A stretch of DNA of 64,000 nt from Azolla caroliniana (Eukaryota; Plantae; Polypodiophyta). The DNA lies in assembly GCA_043228905.1 (NCBI GenBank), contig JBHGNT010000021.1, positions 434,001-498,000 on the forward strand, written 5' to 3'. A program made the translations under genes and the position numbers. Shown in pieces: positions 1 to 13,318 of the stretch. Positions within the stretch are counted from its first letter, which is position 1, and the number at the start of each line of letters is the position of its first letter. The notes beneath the pieces are model-generated. The model had not been told where the DNA came from. It did not search any database and was given only the letters and a program-made list of their open reading frames with translations.

Positions 1-146
1 AAATCGAATCTGAGACCCTTCCGCCGCCCCCAAATGGATCATCATGAAGAGGTTGATAAAAGCAGCGCAGAGTTCAGCGATGATATGGATCGATTCCACT
101 CTGCACCTCCTGCTAGATTTGGGGCCCCTTCCCAATGTTGTCCTCA

Positions 147-941
147 TCAATTCCCACAGGTACAACAATTGGGGCATGGACAAGGGCCGGAGGAGCATAA
201 GAGTGGGTATGGGTACAACGTTGTTGGGTAGTAGAGACCAGTAGGAATATACGTTGGTCCACCTATATAACATCCATTATAGTTGATACATACTCATATT
301 TGTCAAATCTACTACCTCCATGGATTTTTTGATTGTTTAACAAGAAAATGTCAAGCAAAACATACACAAGTTATTGATTTGTGAGCACATGCGCGTGCAT
401 TACCTGGATAGCTAGGAGATATATGATGTAGAGGTAGAGGATGATGAGGGTGATGATATAAATGAGGGGGGTGAGGATGAGGTGATGAGATTTGAACGTG
501 TGCGGTTGTGCTCCTTGCTTGCGCCGAAGTAGGTTCTGTCAATCGTGTTGGTGGTGTTGATTGTGTCGCAACCGATGGTATTGGTGTCATTGACACTTGC
601 GCCGGAGTAGACTCTGTTTGAGGTGGAGGCACAGGGGGAGGAGGTGGCATTTTCTCAGGAGGCAATGGTGCAAGAGGCATCACTGCTTGTGGTGGCACCT
701 CTACATCTCCATCTAGACACCCTCCACAACACCTATCCACCACTCCTTTGGACCCGTAGGGAGAACCATCACCCACATGTCTACTAATGCATGCTCGTCT
801 TATGGCCTTTGCAATGATAAGGAGGATAATTATCGTCGTGACGACAATGATGACTCCCATTATGGCTAGTCCTGGGTCTGGGTGATGCCCCTCATTTTGT
901 TGGGTTGCATTGTAGGAGAAATCCACATTGGTTGTAGACAT
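147..941 (-). CDS. Single-pass membrane protein with Pro- and His-rich linker and Cys-rich C-terminus; exons 941..404 and 262..147 (about 217 aa)
   Basis: ATG at 941; hydrophobic helix LAIMGVIIVVTTIIILLIIA; DRCCGGCLDG resembles the plant TM family motif 'W.E.KC..C.DG'. Phase-1 donor CAG|GTAATG at 404/403 and acceptor TATAG| at 263 give GGPTYIPTGLYYPTTLYPYPLLCSSGPCPCPNCCTCGN*. The paralog at 43881 has the same structure. Confidence 0.75.
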
Positions 942-3008
942 AATGTTGCTTAATTTTTACAATCTTACTGTATAATATTCCTAGGGGAGTGGTTATTGTA
1001 AATACAATTAGAAGAAGCAAAAAGAGAAGGGTATATATTCCCCGTCCTATTGTGTTATACCCATTTTATAATATCTCTCCTTGGTCAAAAACTTATGTTG
1101 CTTACTTTTCCTCGGTTTCTATTGAAATGTTAAATAAAGTAGGCAATCCTTGTTTATTACATTGTAGTCCTTTTTCCTACGGAAGTGGTTACTATCAATG
1201 CAACTAGAGAGAAGGAAAAATGGAAGGGCATATGTTCCCCATTCTATTGTGGTATGTCCATTTAGTAAAAAATCTTTCCCTAGTCAAAATCAACATTCCA
1301 ATTGGAATGTTAAAGAAAGGAGGCGATTGTTTTTTATTACTTTGCATTCCTTTTTCCTCCCAATTGAACAATATGGGACGCATGTTTTCCTTATTGGAGT
1401 ATGTAAGTATGGTGCTTAGTCCATCCTAATATCATCAACATGTATCATTTGTTTTTTTAACACATAATCTTGTTGTTCATATAAATAAACCATCCTTTGT
1501 CAATCTTGCTTATGCAGTTCCTTGGGTCATTACTTTATATATATGCATGTATATTTGGACATCATCATTAAATCAACAAGATGCCAAGAGAACCAATGTC
1601 TTTTGGTTGTAATCGTAATGAGTACACGATCCCATTCCATTGAGCCATGCCCACATGGTTATATCTCATTGCAACAATTTTGTTTCTTGACATAAATTTT
1701 ACCCTCTCTCCACATTTGATTGGTGATGACCACCCTCTTTGCCAATAGACACATTTAATCTCTTACCACTACTCATTTGTAATGGAACAATTGCCTATTT
1801 TTATTACACATTCAATAGGGTTTATTTTTTTGGGCACTATTCTTTGTGAACCAAATTTATATTTTCCCTTTCATTTGAATGACATTTCTATATCCTTCCA
1901 CGATGCTAAATTTCAATAACATACCCAAGAGTTTTCATCATTAAGCACAAGCATGACACATCCTGTGTTATTCCATTTACACAAATTTGTTGACTTCACT
2001 TTGTTTATGGATAATGTTTATTATTTAAATTTACACACGTCATTTGTGAAGCCACAACCACTTGTTTATTTTTTTCTTCCCGCAACAATACATCCACCAA
2101 ACACGACTCTACATTTTCCTGTTACAATGTGCTTTCACAAGGGATGATTATATCAATTTCTTGTCGCACAAACAAAAAACGTTGTTTATGTGAACTATAG
2201 TTTAACATATTGCAAAGAAGGAACATTGGTCGTTTTAATGTTCTTAGAGTTTAATGCTTGAGATGTGGGTTAGACTAAATGAACATGATTTCTCACCTCT
2301 CTAGAGTAAAGAAGCTTCTCTCCACATACATAGTTCTAATTTAATTTTATGTTATTTAATTATAGCAAACTAAGCATTCATATATGTATACATACATTAA
2401 CAAGATTGTAATGGACTTCTCTCAACGTGAAACATATGTGTTAATGATTTATCACACCCCAATAACATATTGGTTTGTGAAATATACTAGATAGAATTTG
2501 TATGAATCCTATAGATCTCATTGTTATTGACCGTCTTTTCCATACAAATCTTATCCATAAGTGTTGTCACATCAAATTGTTCAAATAGTTGAAATGCCAA
2601 AGTTGGCCTTGATTGATTGCAAGGTGTTTTCCAATTACAATTCAAGTTCATATGTAAATGTTTTCAACAAAGTCATTGTTATCAATTCCATAAAAACAAC
2701 AATAGAATGACCAAATATGAAACTAAACAATGAAGTAAATCAAACAATAACGATATGAAAATCAAACTCCCAAACCAAGAATAACACAACTATACGAACA
2801 CTCTTTGGCATTATATTGCATTATGAAATTTGTCCTAAAATATTGCCATCGTTGATTCTAATGACAACATTGTTGAACCCAAATAACATGTTGACTAAAT
2901 ATTGAAATACCATGTTGTGTGTGTTAATATCTTGTCATGTTGTATCCTAATATTTCATTTGCATATGATTAAGTAGATCGTTCATAAATATTGAATGTGT
3001 CAAGATTC

Positions 3009-3235
3009 CTTTCCAATTAAGTAATGATATTTCATTGACACCATTTGGTATCTTTCCAATTAAGTAATCATATTTCATCTACAACCTTTGGTATCTTTCC
3101 AATTAAGTAATGATATTTCATTTACAACCTTAGATACCTTTCCAATTAAATATCCAATTAAGTGTTGGGATGATATTTCATTTACAACCTTTGGTATCTT
3201 TCCAATTAAGTAATGATATTTCATTTACAACCATT
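3009..3235. repeat. Tandem minisatellite, about 43-bp unit, about 5 copies
   Basis: Unit CTTTCCAATTAAGTAATGATATTTCATTTACAACCTTTGGTAT repeats directly. Confidence 0.9.
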
Positions 3236-3543
3236 GGGTAGAACGTTGCTCTAGTTATTCTTACAATCCTCTTATATGTACCATGGCTAACTTTAACCTT
3301 CAGGTAGGCTTACTATACTTGTCATGAAGTTGTTCCTACAAATTCGGGGGATTGAATCATAAGTGACGATAGGTTATTATCCAAAAACTCAAACTCACAA
3401 AACATGCCATCTTGAGAAGGTTTGATAACAATATCATATTTGGAATGATTATTGTTGTTGAGATATCAAGGCCATACCACACACCCTTTGGGGCACATGT
3501 ACTAGACTCCACAGTAAAAATAAAATGGATGGGAAATGACTCA

Positions 3544-3910
3544 ACTTGAATGAATTCACACATTAGCTTCATCAATGGGTTATCAATTTGAGCTACTCTA
3601 GTGGTAGCACTAAAAGGTTTAGACATGGCTTTTGGTGATTGAGGGCTCGTGTGACAAGCATATTGTTGTAAGGATGGTGGGAACTCATTGAACTAGTAAA
3701 AGTTTCAAATGGCTTCTCAACCATCCATTTCCATGTGGACTTGAATGAATTCACACATTAGCTTCATCAATGGGTTATCAATTGGAGCTACTGTAGTGGT
3801 AGCACCAAAACGTTTAATGGCTTTGGTGTCTAAACTTTTCGGTGATTGAGGGCTTGGTGGGAACTCATTGAACTAGTAAAAGTTTCAAATGGCTTCTCAA
3901 CCATCCATTT
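3544..3910. repeat. Imperfect tandem duplication of about 190 bp
   Basis: ACTTGAATGAATTCACACATTAGC... and TGGTGGGAACTCATTGAACTAG...CCATCCATTT each occur twice. Confidence 0.85.
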
Positions 3911-5629
3911 CGTATGCCCACGTGGCAATGTGGTGTTGAACCTCTAACATCTATTACTTACATGACAAGGAAATTAGCTTCCATTTTGTTGATACCATCA
4001 AGTGTCACACTGCTTCCATGATAAGGAATTTATCTTCCTTTTCTTTGTTGTCCTTGGGTGTCCCGTTCATGTTGAGCAAGTGCAATTGGCTAGATTTTGT
4101 TACCCATTGCCATAAGACTTTTGGCAATCATCAACAATGTCAACATTCATTGCATCACCTTGCTATCATCATTTTGCTTTGGCCATTGGTACGAACCAAT
4201 TCAAGGGATTTTTGAAGGCCTCTTGTTGGGTTGATAAAACGCTCAAATTGTTGTTGAAGTGCAATCAATGCCTCAAAAGTTGCCATTAACACCAATTCTT
4301 GATCGTAAAGCCACTCCTTTGTATGTTTTTCATCCATTAACCGTAGAGGTCCCTCGTAACTATCAATGAAGGAGGTAGGATGTTAAAGAAAAACTAATGA
4401 TCAAGCAAAAATTATATATTTAAGGAAATAAATAGATTAAGGGCACATTACCTCCAAATCACCCCCCAATCCAAGGAATTACAATGGATCATAAACACCA
4501 TCGTTATTCTATACCATCGAATATCACCTAAGATCATACCTTATGTGTAAATCCACAAAACATTATCATTAACAAGAGCCTCACCATACCACTGGTGTCT
4601 GAACAAGGTTTTGATAGAGGTATTCCTCTTCCCTCGTGACATTAGCTACTTCTTAGTTTATATTTGCACCCTAGGTCTGCATGCCATTGCATATACTTGA
4701 CATGTGTCCAAATCTTATGTGATTTACCTGAATCTTAATATACCCATAAAACCATTAATATTTTGGATCTTATATAAATATTACAATTCTTCACGTAAGG
4801 GCCTTCAAAACCTAATTTTTAACAACGTTAACCCCTCCTACAACTCTCTTGAATTTGTCCTTTGCCTATTGTAGTTGATGGTGAATGAATTTTTTCTCCA
4901 CTAGTTGGAATTTGTCCTTTGCCTATTGTAGTTGCTGGGGAAAAGCAACGAGTTGTTTCTCCACTAGTTAGGGTCATTGTTTTAGATATGAGTTATTGTA
5001 TATTTACAACTATTTGGTTTGATCACTTACCATGGTTACAAGTTACAACAATGATATAGTTCATTATTTTCCCATCCAACATTACCTTTACAAGCCAAGG
5101 CACTTAGAGGCATCTTGAAGCTTATATTCCTTTGTAGCCACCTTGACGCTTAGCTCCTTCACGAGTCTAGTGATTTGGAGTAACTTTTCATTTAATTACC
5201 ATTGTAAGAGAAACTAATACAATTGATAATTGTGTTTTTTCTTCACTTCATTAACCACATGTGCCCAACCATATTTAAGTCCCTTATAGTTTTGTTTGAG
5301 CTTTGTTGTTGTTGGTTCACATGTTTTTTTTATCCATATTTATCAACCCCATGTGACAGACAATTAATGACTAAGTGTTGAGAATCGAGATATCAAGCTC
5401 AATTATGATTGTTTAGTTAACCCATTGTTAAGATCCTTGTAGTTGTAAATATTTTGTAGTTGCCTTCATGTAGGTCAACTCCATAAGTGTTCGATGAAAT
5501 AAGATGTTGTGCTTTGAATCAATGTTAGATATTTTCTAGACATCCTATTTTCTCACTCATTCATTGTAGAATCTTGTTACCATTGCATGTCCACTCACAC
5601 GTGGTTCTTTTGAAATCGATGTTTAATAG

Positions 5630-7136
5630 TGTGAAATGCACATAAGAGATAAAAAACCAGTCTACTTAGCTTCTTACTTCTTAATCAATTTATAGTTGAT
5701 ACAACGGAACCCATTTGGGTTGGCTTGGTTAAACAGGGTTTGCTAAAAGGGTGGGTCAACTTGAGCACACACATCCTGAAAAGGGTGAGCTAAAAGGGTG
5801 GCACAAAGGAACACATGCACACCACATTTCCCCCCTGCGAGAAACAAGAGATTGAGGGGCATGAACAAGAACAGGACAAGAACAAGAACAAGAACAAGAA
5901 CAAGAACAATGGCTTGTCGAAGGAGGGGGAGCATCTGATAGCAGGTTTCAAATGGAAATCCATCGTTGATTTTAGTGCGAGGCGAGGGTTACACCCATAG
6001 AGTGCTTGAAAAGGGTTGATTTATGCAACCATCTCGTGTTTGAGGGTCTTGTTGAGGCGTTCGGTGAAGATGGCGTGGGGATGTAAACATCTATGGACAC
6101 GTAGTTGAGGTGCAACGACGTTGAGGACATCCCCATGGAACTGTTGGCCTTGATAGTTGGACGGGGCTAATGACGAAAAACGAGTTATCAATCGGCGAAT
6201 ATAGAACAATCACTCCTGTGGACTAAGGGCCACCTAGACTTTGCTGAGGTGGGGGACAGGAGGGCTATCGTGTCATCTCGGAGGGGGATCGAGGAAAGAT
6301 CATATGGTGGCGAAGATAAATCGCTCCTGTGGACTGAGGACCACCTGGACTTTGCTGAGGTGGGGGACAGGAGGGTTATCGTGTCGAAGGGGGATTGAGG
6401 AAAGATCATATGGCGGCGAGAGATGAATCGCACCTGTGGACTGAGGTGGGGGACAGGAGGGCTATCGTGTCAGAGGGGGATCGGGGAAAAGATCATTTGG
6501 CAAAGAAAGATCAATCACTCTTGTGGTCTAAGGGCCACCTGGACTTGGTTGAGGTGGGGGTCAGGAGGGCTATCGTATAGGAGGGGGATCAGAGAAACTC
6601 ATGGGACAAGAAGTTAATGGGCAACCTAAGGTGAGGGGGAAGAATTGGTGGGGCAAGACATAAAAGTGGTGTGAGAAAGTGAGAGTGTCTAAGGTGAAGG
6701 TGTAGTGGGCTTACGTGCTAGAGAGGTATAGATGGCGATCGCCAAAAACGGACTTGGATGGAGGAAGTGGTGGATATCGGGAGGCCTAACTAGTGAACTA
6801 AGGTGGTGCTAATAGAAGAGATACTACTACAAGAGACTAACAAGAGTGTCGGTGATGGTGGTGAGGGTGATGCTACTTACGAAGCGGAAGAGGTAGATGC
6901 TTAAATGTGGGGGACTGGTACCCCGCATCTCCACCAATATGTGAAATGCACATAAGAGATCAAAAATTAGTCTACTTAGCTTCTTACTTCTTAATCAATT
7001 TATAGTTGATACAACGGAACCCATTTGGGTTGGCTTGGCTAAACAGGGTGTGCTAAAAGGGTGGGTCAACTTGAGCACACGCATCCTAAAAAGGGTGAGC
7101 TAAAAGGGTGGCACAAAGGAACACATGCACACCACA
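5630..7136 (-). mobile_element. Non-autonomous mini LTR retrotransposon (TRIM-like, gypsy-derived), 1,507 bp
   Basis: 197-bp TG...CA LTRs at 5630..5826 and 6940..7136 with 7 mismatches. PBS 6919..6936 (TACCCCGCATCTCCACCA on +) equals the 3' end of plant tRNA-Ala(AGC). PPT GCAGGGGGGAAA abuts the 3' LTR. Integrase-like remnant ITRF...QGQQF...ERLNKTLK at 6021..6209. Confidence 0.9.
6205..6590. repeat. G-rich tandem repeat of about 105-110 bp inside the mini LTR element, about 4 copies
   Basis: AATCRCTCCTGTGGACT...GAGGTGGGGGACAGGAGGGCTATCGTGTC...GAAAGATCAT recurs. Confidence 0.85.
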
Positions 7137-7879
7137 AAGGAACACGTGGTTCTTTTGAAATTGATGTTTAATAGCATTTGCTCTTTTGTGCTTATTTTCT
7201 CAAGTATTAATCATCAACTATTATTGTATGTTTATTGTTTAATTATTTCTCTCTCTTAATTAAATTTTCCTCTCATATGCACACAAGCACAGATTAACAC
7301 ATATGCTTCCACTATGTAATCACACACATGTGACATGATTAAGAATCACTCACATAACTAGTACTAGTTACACATATGATTAGTACCTAATTAGTATACA
7401 ATTACATACAAAATAGTATATATTGGGTAATGTACCAAGTATTTATCTAGTTTGTTTTGAAGTGCCATGTTGAAAAGAGGATCTCAAATTGTCTTATTCA
7501 TTTGCAACACAGCAAGAAAAGAAGATGGAAAGAAAAACAAGTATAGATAAGGAGATAAGAAAGGGAAACACAATTAAATCACCAAGCAAGGAATGTCCCT
7601 TTTAGGGCATTATTCATTTCCTATTTAGGACTTGGTAATTTATCAAGGCATGGTCACTATTGTTGTAGTTATGTGTCCCGACTTTAAATATAGTCAATCC
7701 TTAAACTATCTAGTTGTTAAACCTTTTCTATACAAACTACACTATGTTATCCAATTCCTAAACATGAAACTTGTTATAACTTCTTATGTACATACCTTTA
7801 CCTATATTGCCATATGGCACATGATTGTTAGTTGTTGCTTTGCTTTGGCTCACTTGAGTTGGTCTCTAGCCTAACTAGG

Positions 7880-10800
7880 AATGGATTTGCCAACATGGTA
7901 GTATGGTTTTGGCCAAACACCATTCATCAAGGAAGTGGCCCATGCTATGATGAAAAGGAAGACAATAAGCACTCATAGCAAGCATAGGTTGTAATAGTAT
8001 CTGAAAACATATTTTTGGGGCATCCCAAAGCCGGGTTATTTATCTCATGCATTGGTGCCTAACTACTCGAGTACATGATATGACTCCGCACAAGTGATCG
8101 TATGGAAAGCAATCAAATTTGTATCACTTAAATGTTTTGATAACATCTATGCATGCATATTCTATGAATTCTAAACAAACTAGTTGTTGCAAAGTCAAGA
8201 AACGTGTATTTTTTTAGCTATTTCCTTAGGGTTTTAAAGTTCACATATGTCACTTCAACGAATCAACATTGTGGTATGCTCCAAAGTTGGTCACAACTAC
8301 AACAATCGAGGACATCATTGTTGTCAAACCAAACCTTATAATGTGTGACTAAGTGACTATCATGAGCTATTGAGTGACCACAACACATTGAGGGATAGTA
8401 GAGACCTTGACAATATCTCTTCATCCCATCCCATTTGTCTTGATAGAGGAAACATAAAGATGATCTATAGAGCTCCATTGATTTGACAAAACAACTTCAT
8501 CCGTTGATGATGAGATCGATGAGCATATCAAGAGGATACTTACTATGCAAATTTTATACTCCAACGATACATTTGAATCACATTTTTTCGAAGGGATTAA
8601 CATGACTCATACCTTGGAGCGTTGCACTTCCAAGTATCACTACCAAGTCTTGAAGGGTAGCTCTTTCCATGGGTGGGCTAACCAAGGAATTAGTGGATGT
8701 CACTCCCCAATGGTTGGGCCCTCTATTTTTTTCCACTTTCTACCTTTCGGGTCTGCCACATCACCACAACAAGTGTGTTAAAGTCCACCCTCGTAATTAA
8801 GTGATGTGAGATATCTTGATAGAATGGCCACTTTCCCATTGTGATAGATTGGTTCAAACTTCGATGCAAAATACGCATAGAATATCTTACATAAACCAAG
8901 CATGGTTCATTGTTAATATGAAATCAAAATCATGTAATAATTTAATTACACAAAATTTGGTTAAAAACTTAACACTACTTTTGAAGTGCAAGAAGTCTAA
9001 TTCAAAAGGAAATTGTAAAGACTAAATAAAAGGAAGAACTTAACATTTTTTTTGTATTTCAAATATGTTATATTATTCTAATTATTGTAATTGTACATAT
9101 CAACATTTCATCATTTGTGGGTTGCATTACAAATTTAGTTATGTGAGAGTATGCTTCATCACTATTTTATGGGATACTTGTTTCTTCATTGGAATATTTC
9201 AAATGCATATGTATTAATAAGATTGTTTGGCTCTTGTTCGATCCAGATTCCAAACCATGATCTAATGACTCATCCAATATTTAATTGGAAGAGACCACCA
9301 TGATATTTGATGTGAGTGCCAATGTTGGATCATGATTCATAAATGATTTGTTGTATCAAGAGACATACAATAGCAATTCGAATGTTTTGAATGTCAATAT
9401 CGGTATCGTAAATGAAAACCTCATGAATTCAATTACACAAATAATTTCATTAACTCTACCCCTCTCGATTGTCATGTGAGAAGTTTTGTCAAGAAGGGAA
9501 AAATATAAAACTGAAATCCATAGAGGATATCAAAGGTTCTAATGATTGTATTGGTACCGATATATAATCGACAAGAAGGTCAAGTACGCACATTTGGCGC
9601 AATATTTCAAATTTGTCTTGATAAGGCTCTTTGACATCCACCTATTAGTCATAACATAATGGCTAATAGCATAATACCATCATCCATGAATGAAATAATA
9701 TGTTTGAAACAAGTATATGCTAATGCAGAATTAGAGATTCATGGCACATAAATGATTTGCCGTATCAAGAGACATGCAATAGCAATTCAAATGTTTTGAA
9801 TGTCAATATCGGTATCATAAATGAAAACCTCATGAATTCAATTACACAAATAATTTCATTAACTCTACCCCTCTCGATTGTCGTGTGAGAAGTTTTGTCA
9901 AGAAGGGAAAATATAAAACTGAAATCCATAGATGATATCAAAGGTTCTAATGATTGTATTGGTACCGATATATAATCGACAAGAAGGTCAAGTACGCACA
10001 TTTGGTGCAATATTTCAAATTTGTCTTGATAAGGCTCTTTGACATCCACCTATTAGTCATAACATAATGGCTAATAGCATAATACCATCATCCATGAATG
10101 AAATAATATGTTTGAAACAAGTATATGTTAATGCAGAATTAGAGATTCATGGCACACCTAAATTTTCTTCTCATTAGAGTGTTGGTGGGCAGTCATTAAG
10201 TCTATATCCTATGTACACACGCTATCAATGTAAATGCAAACAACTACATAAAATTAAACATGGAGCCAAAAACCGTAAATGTTGAGGTGGAAATTTAATA
10301 TTAATCAAGTTTTGTTAGTATTCCCCTTTCACTCACATTGCAAGAAAACAATATAGACGTTGATATGAAGAAAACGGTTGATGTGCCTCGCAAAGTAACA
10401 ATACAAAAATCATCATCAAATCTATTACGTGTGAAGTTTAGAATTTTGATGAAATAATTTGGTGGATCTAAAAGCATTAATTTATGGAGACATCCAAAGT
10501 CTCTTCTATGATGTGTGAACTCATGACAAAAGCGGTGGTTGTTTCGTGCATGTGCAATGCACAAAGGAAAACATTAAGTCCCTTTCGAAGGTAGGTGTGT
10601 CAAATATAGAGAAAAATAAACAACCAATGCAATAAACAACAATTGTTTGGTTTGTTCAAATGTATGTATGTACATCTTATGAGTAGTGTTTTTGCATGAC
10701 GTATAAGCCAACAATGTCCAACGAGATAGTGATGATCCCTCTACTTGAAAACCCATGGGTGAAACCCCTATACTTTCATTTCCAAATAAGACGCAATCCC
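7880..10800 (-). mobile_element. Decayed transposase-like remnant, possibly MULE/SWIM type
   Basis: Stop-riddled coding-like minus-strand fragments including CCSC and Cys/His motifs; no termini found. Confidence 0.3.
9338..10155. repeat. Tandem duplication, 409-bp period
   Basis: CATAAATGATTTG..GTATCAAGAGACAT starts at 9338 and 9747; both copies end in AGAGATTCATGGCAC. Confidence 0.93.
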
Positions 10801-12213
10801 CATCACTATCAACTCAAGTATCTAATACATAGTTATCAACCACTTCACTTTCCTACTACCAATTTTTGGAACAATGTGTGACCCACCATTACCTACTCCT
10901 CCACCCCCCCTCCCCCACCCAAACTTAAAATATGTGCCTTTCAAATCCCTATAAGGACATGCAACGCTAGATCTAATCATCGCAACTACTTTTCAACAAC
11001 ATGCCCCTAATTTAGAATATCATTCTAGGATGTTGTGGTAAACACAATCCAAATTTAAAGGGAGGAGTCCGAGGAGAAATAATAAGTATCCAATTTACAC
11101 ATCTCCAAACATGATTTATGACTTTTGGAGTGATACCTCGACGTGAAACAACCGTCAACCATTATATTACACGCAGGTAGTGACAATACTCTATGGGATA
11201 TCAAGGTAAACCTACCATGATAGTGATAAGTGATGGATAATTATGGTTAAGCTAGTGAGAGAGGGGTATGAATCACGATGTAAACATAACTATTGCATGC
11301 ATGCCCATATTCCATATTCAAAGCATGTTTATTTGAGTTGAATACTAACCCCATCAAACGTGGTTGAATACTAATCCCATCAAATGTGGTGATAACGATC
11401 TACATAATAGTGATATTTCAAGGTCGTGATGGGTGATGTATGACAAGGACTTTTGTCTAAGGTTTTCAATTCATGGTAGAGAACTTGACGACTATTGCTA
11501 ATATGAACAAGTTATTGATCATGATTCAATGCCCAATGCTAGTTTAAATAATTGTATGCAGGTATTGCCATCACTCATCACTAAAGGACACATTTGTGAG
11601 TCGAAAATGTGTTCCTCCCTCTTCATCGATGTGTGGCCACCCTAAGGTTTAGGTTTATGCCATAGCCCTCTCGATTAGCAATTGACTATCTAGGGCTAAT
11701 GTAATTGCTTTAGCTAATCCACTTACTTTAGCCATTCCACATGCTCACAACAACAATATGATGAAAAGAGACAATCATCACGTGCACATTATGATTTGAT
11801 GGAGAATGTCACAAGTCATCGATTTATATGTGGGTGTTAACAACAATTGTGTAGCTTGTCCTAGAGTAACCATGCCCCTTTACGACATAATGAAATTGTC
11901 TTCTCGAGTGATTGAGAGGTTTCCATATGCCCACCACTCTTCCTAGGGTGAAAAGACGTGTCATCACCCATAGAAGTGGGCTCCCACAAAACATCACACA
12001 CTCTTTTTGCATTAATTTTCTCATCTGTTTCAGTGCAAGAGGGAGACAATAAAGGGTCATGCGTTCAATCCCCTACACTACGTAGTTGGGGCATAAAGGG
12101 ATTTGGAAGAGTCATTCATGTAGTCACCCACCCAAGAATATTTGAATTTAGAAGAGTCATTCATGTACCCACCCACCTAGGATGGATTTGAACCCAGGTG
12201 GGGTGTGCATGGC

Positions 12214-12755
12214 ACCATTTCATGTCCCTCCCTAAGATCAAATCTTACATCTAACATCTCTCTTTCTCTCTATTCTTCACTTTAACAAGGTTTGAACCAT
12301 TTCATGTCCCTCCCTAAGATCAAATCTTACATCTAACATCTCTCTTTCTCTCTATTCTTCACTTTAACAAGGTTTGAACCATTTCATGTCCCTCCCTAAG
12401 ATCAAATCTTACATCTAACATCTCTGAATTCTTCTCTTTTAACAAGGTTTGAACCATTTCATGTCCCATCCCTAAGACCACCAAATCTTACATCTAACAT
12501 CTCTCAATTATTCTCTTTTAACAAGGTTTGAACCATTTAATGTCCCTCCTGAAGACCAAATCTTACATCTAACATCTCTCTTTCTCTCTATTCTTCACTT
12601 TCATGTCCCTCCCTAAGATCAAATCTTACATCTAACATCTCTGAATTCTTCTCTTTTAACAAGGTTTGAACCATTTCATGTCCCTCCCTAAGACCAAATC
12701 TTCCATCTAACATCCCTCTTTCTCTCTATTCTTCCCCTTAACAAGGTCTGAACTT
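12214..12755. repeat. Tandem array of about 70-83-bp units, about 7 copies
   Basis: Unit ACCATTTCATGTCCCTCCCTAAGATCAAATCTTACATCTAACATCTCT...TTTAACAAGGTTTGA. Confidence 0.93.
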
Positions 12756-12779
12756 TGAAGACGAACAAAACACCCACCA

Positions 12780-13285
12780 CTCCATATCTCTGGCTTTTAG
12801 GGCTTGAAGAGCACACCCTGCCTCTGACATGTCTTTTTTAGGGCTCGAGAACAAACCCTACCTCTGATATTTAGGGTTTTGGGACAATGTCCGTATTCTG
12901 CTTTTAGGGTTTCCGTAAACACTCACATCTACAGGTTTGAGGAAATTCATCTCTAATGTTTAGGAACTTGACAGAACTGGCATCCCTGATTCTAGGACGT
13001 CGGAGAAAATCCATATCTGTTTTTAGCGTTTAAGGAAGAATCATTTCTTGTTTTAGCATTGCTCGGAAAACTCGTCTTTGATTTTAGGGTTTTGGTAGGA
13101 ACATCTCCGATTCTAGGGTTGTAGAAAGAACTCATCGCTGAATTTTAGCATTTGAGATAAAGCCCTTCCTTTATGGTTTGAGACTAAACTGTCTCTGATT
13201 TCAGCTTTGAAGAAAAACTCGTCTTCGATTTTAGGGTTTGATAAAAAACTCCATCTGTGATCTTTTTCAAGTTTAGGGAGGAAAT
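12780..13285 (+). promoter_or_regulatory. Degenerate array of about 30-bp units centred on TTTAGGGTTT (telobox-like), directly upstream of the DUF1223 ATG
   Basis: About 16 units with consensus AAAAC-TCATCTCTGA-TTTTAGGGTTT; AAACCCTA/TAGGGTTT motifs present. Confidence 0.55.
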
Positions 13286-13318
13286 CTCCCCGCACTGTGG
13301 ATCGAGAGTATCACAGCC

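Larger units (their letters stand above)
1450..5580 (-). mobile_element. Highly decayed Ty3/gypsy-like retroelement remnant; boundaries approximate
   Basis: Short broken minus-strand ORFs with gag/protease-like character (4155..4337 KEWLY...TFEAL..QF; 3357..3626) and many stops. Confidence 0.4.

Noticed and set aside
34-244. Plus-strand short ORFs as genes
   Set aside because: They are antisense to the TM gene's exon 2 and 3' region and have no recognisable domain.
3009-3235. 43-bp array as a CRISPR array (likewise 12214..12755 and 16020..16570)
   Set aside because: Units are contiguous with no unique spacers, there are no cas genes, and the context is eukaryotic.
6919-6936. tRNA gene
   Set aside because: Only the 18-nt 3' end with CCA is present, next to an LTR, so it is a primer-binding site.
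12780-13285. Interstitial telomere
   Set aside because: TTTAGGG motifs are single and spaced about 30 bp apart, not tandem heptamers.
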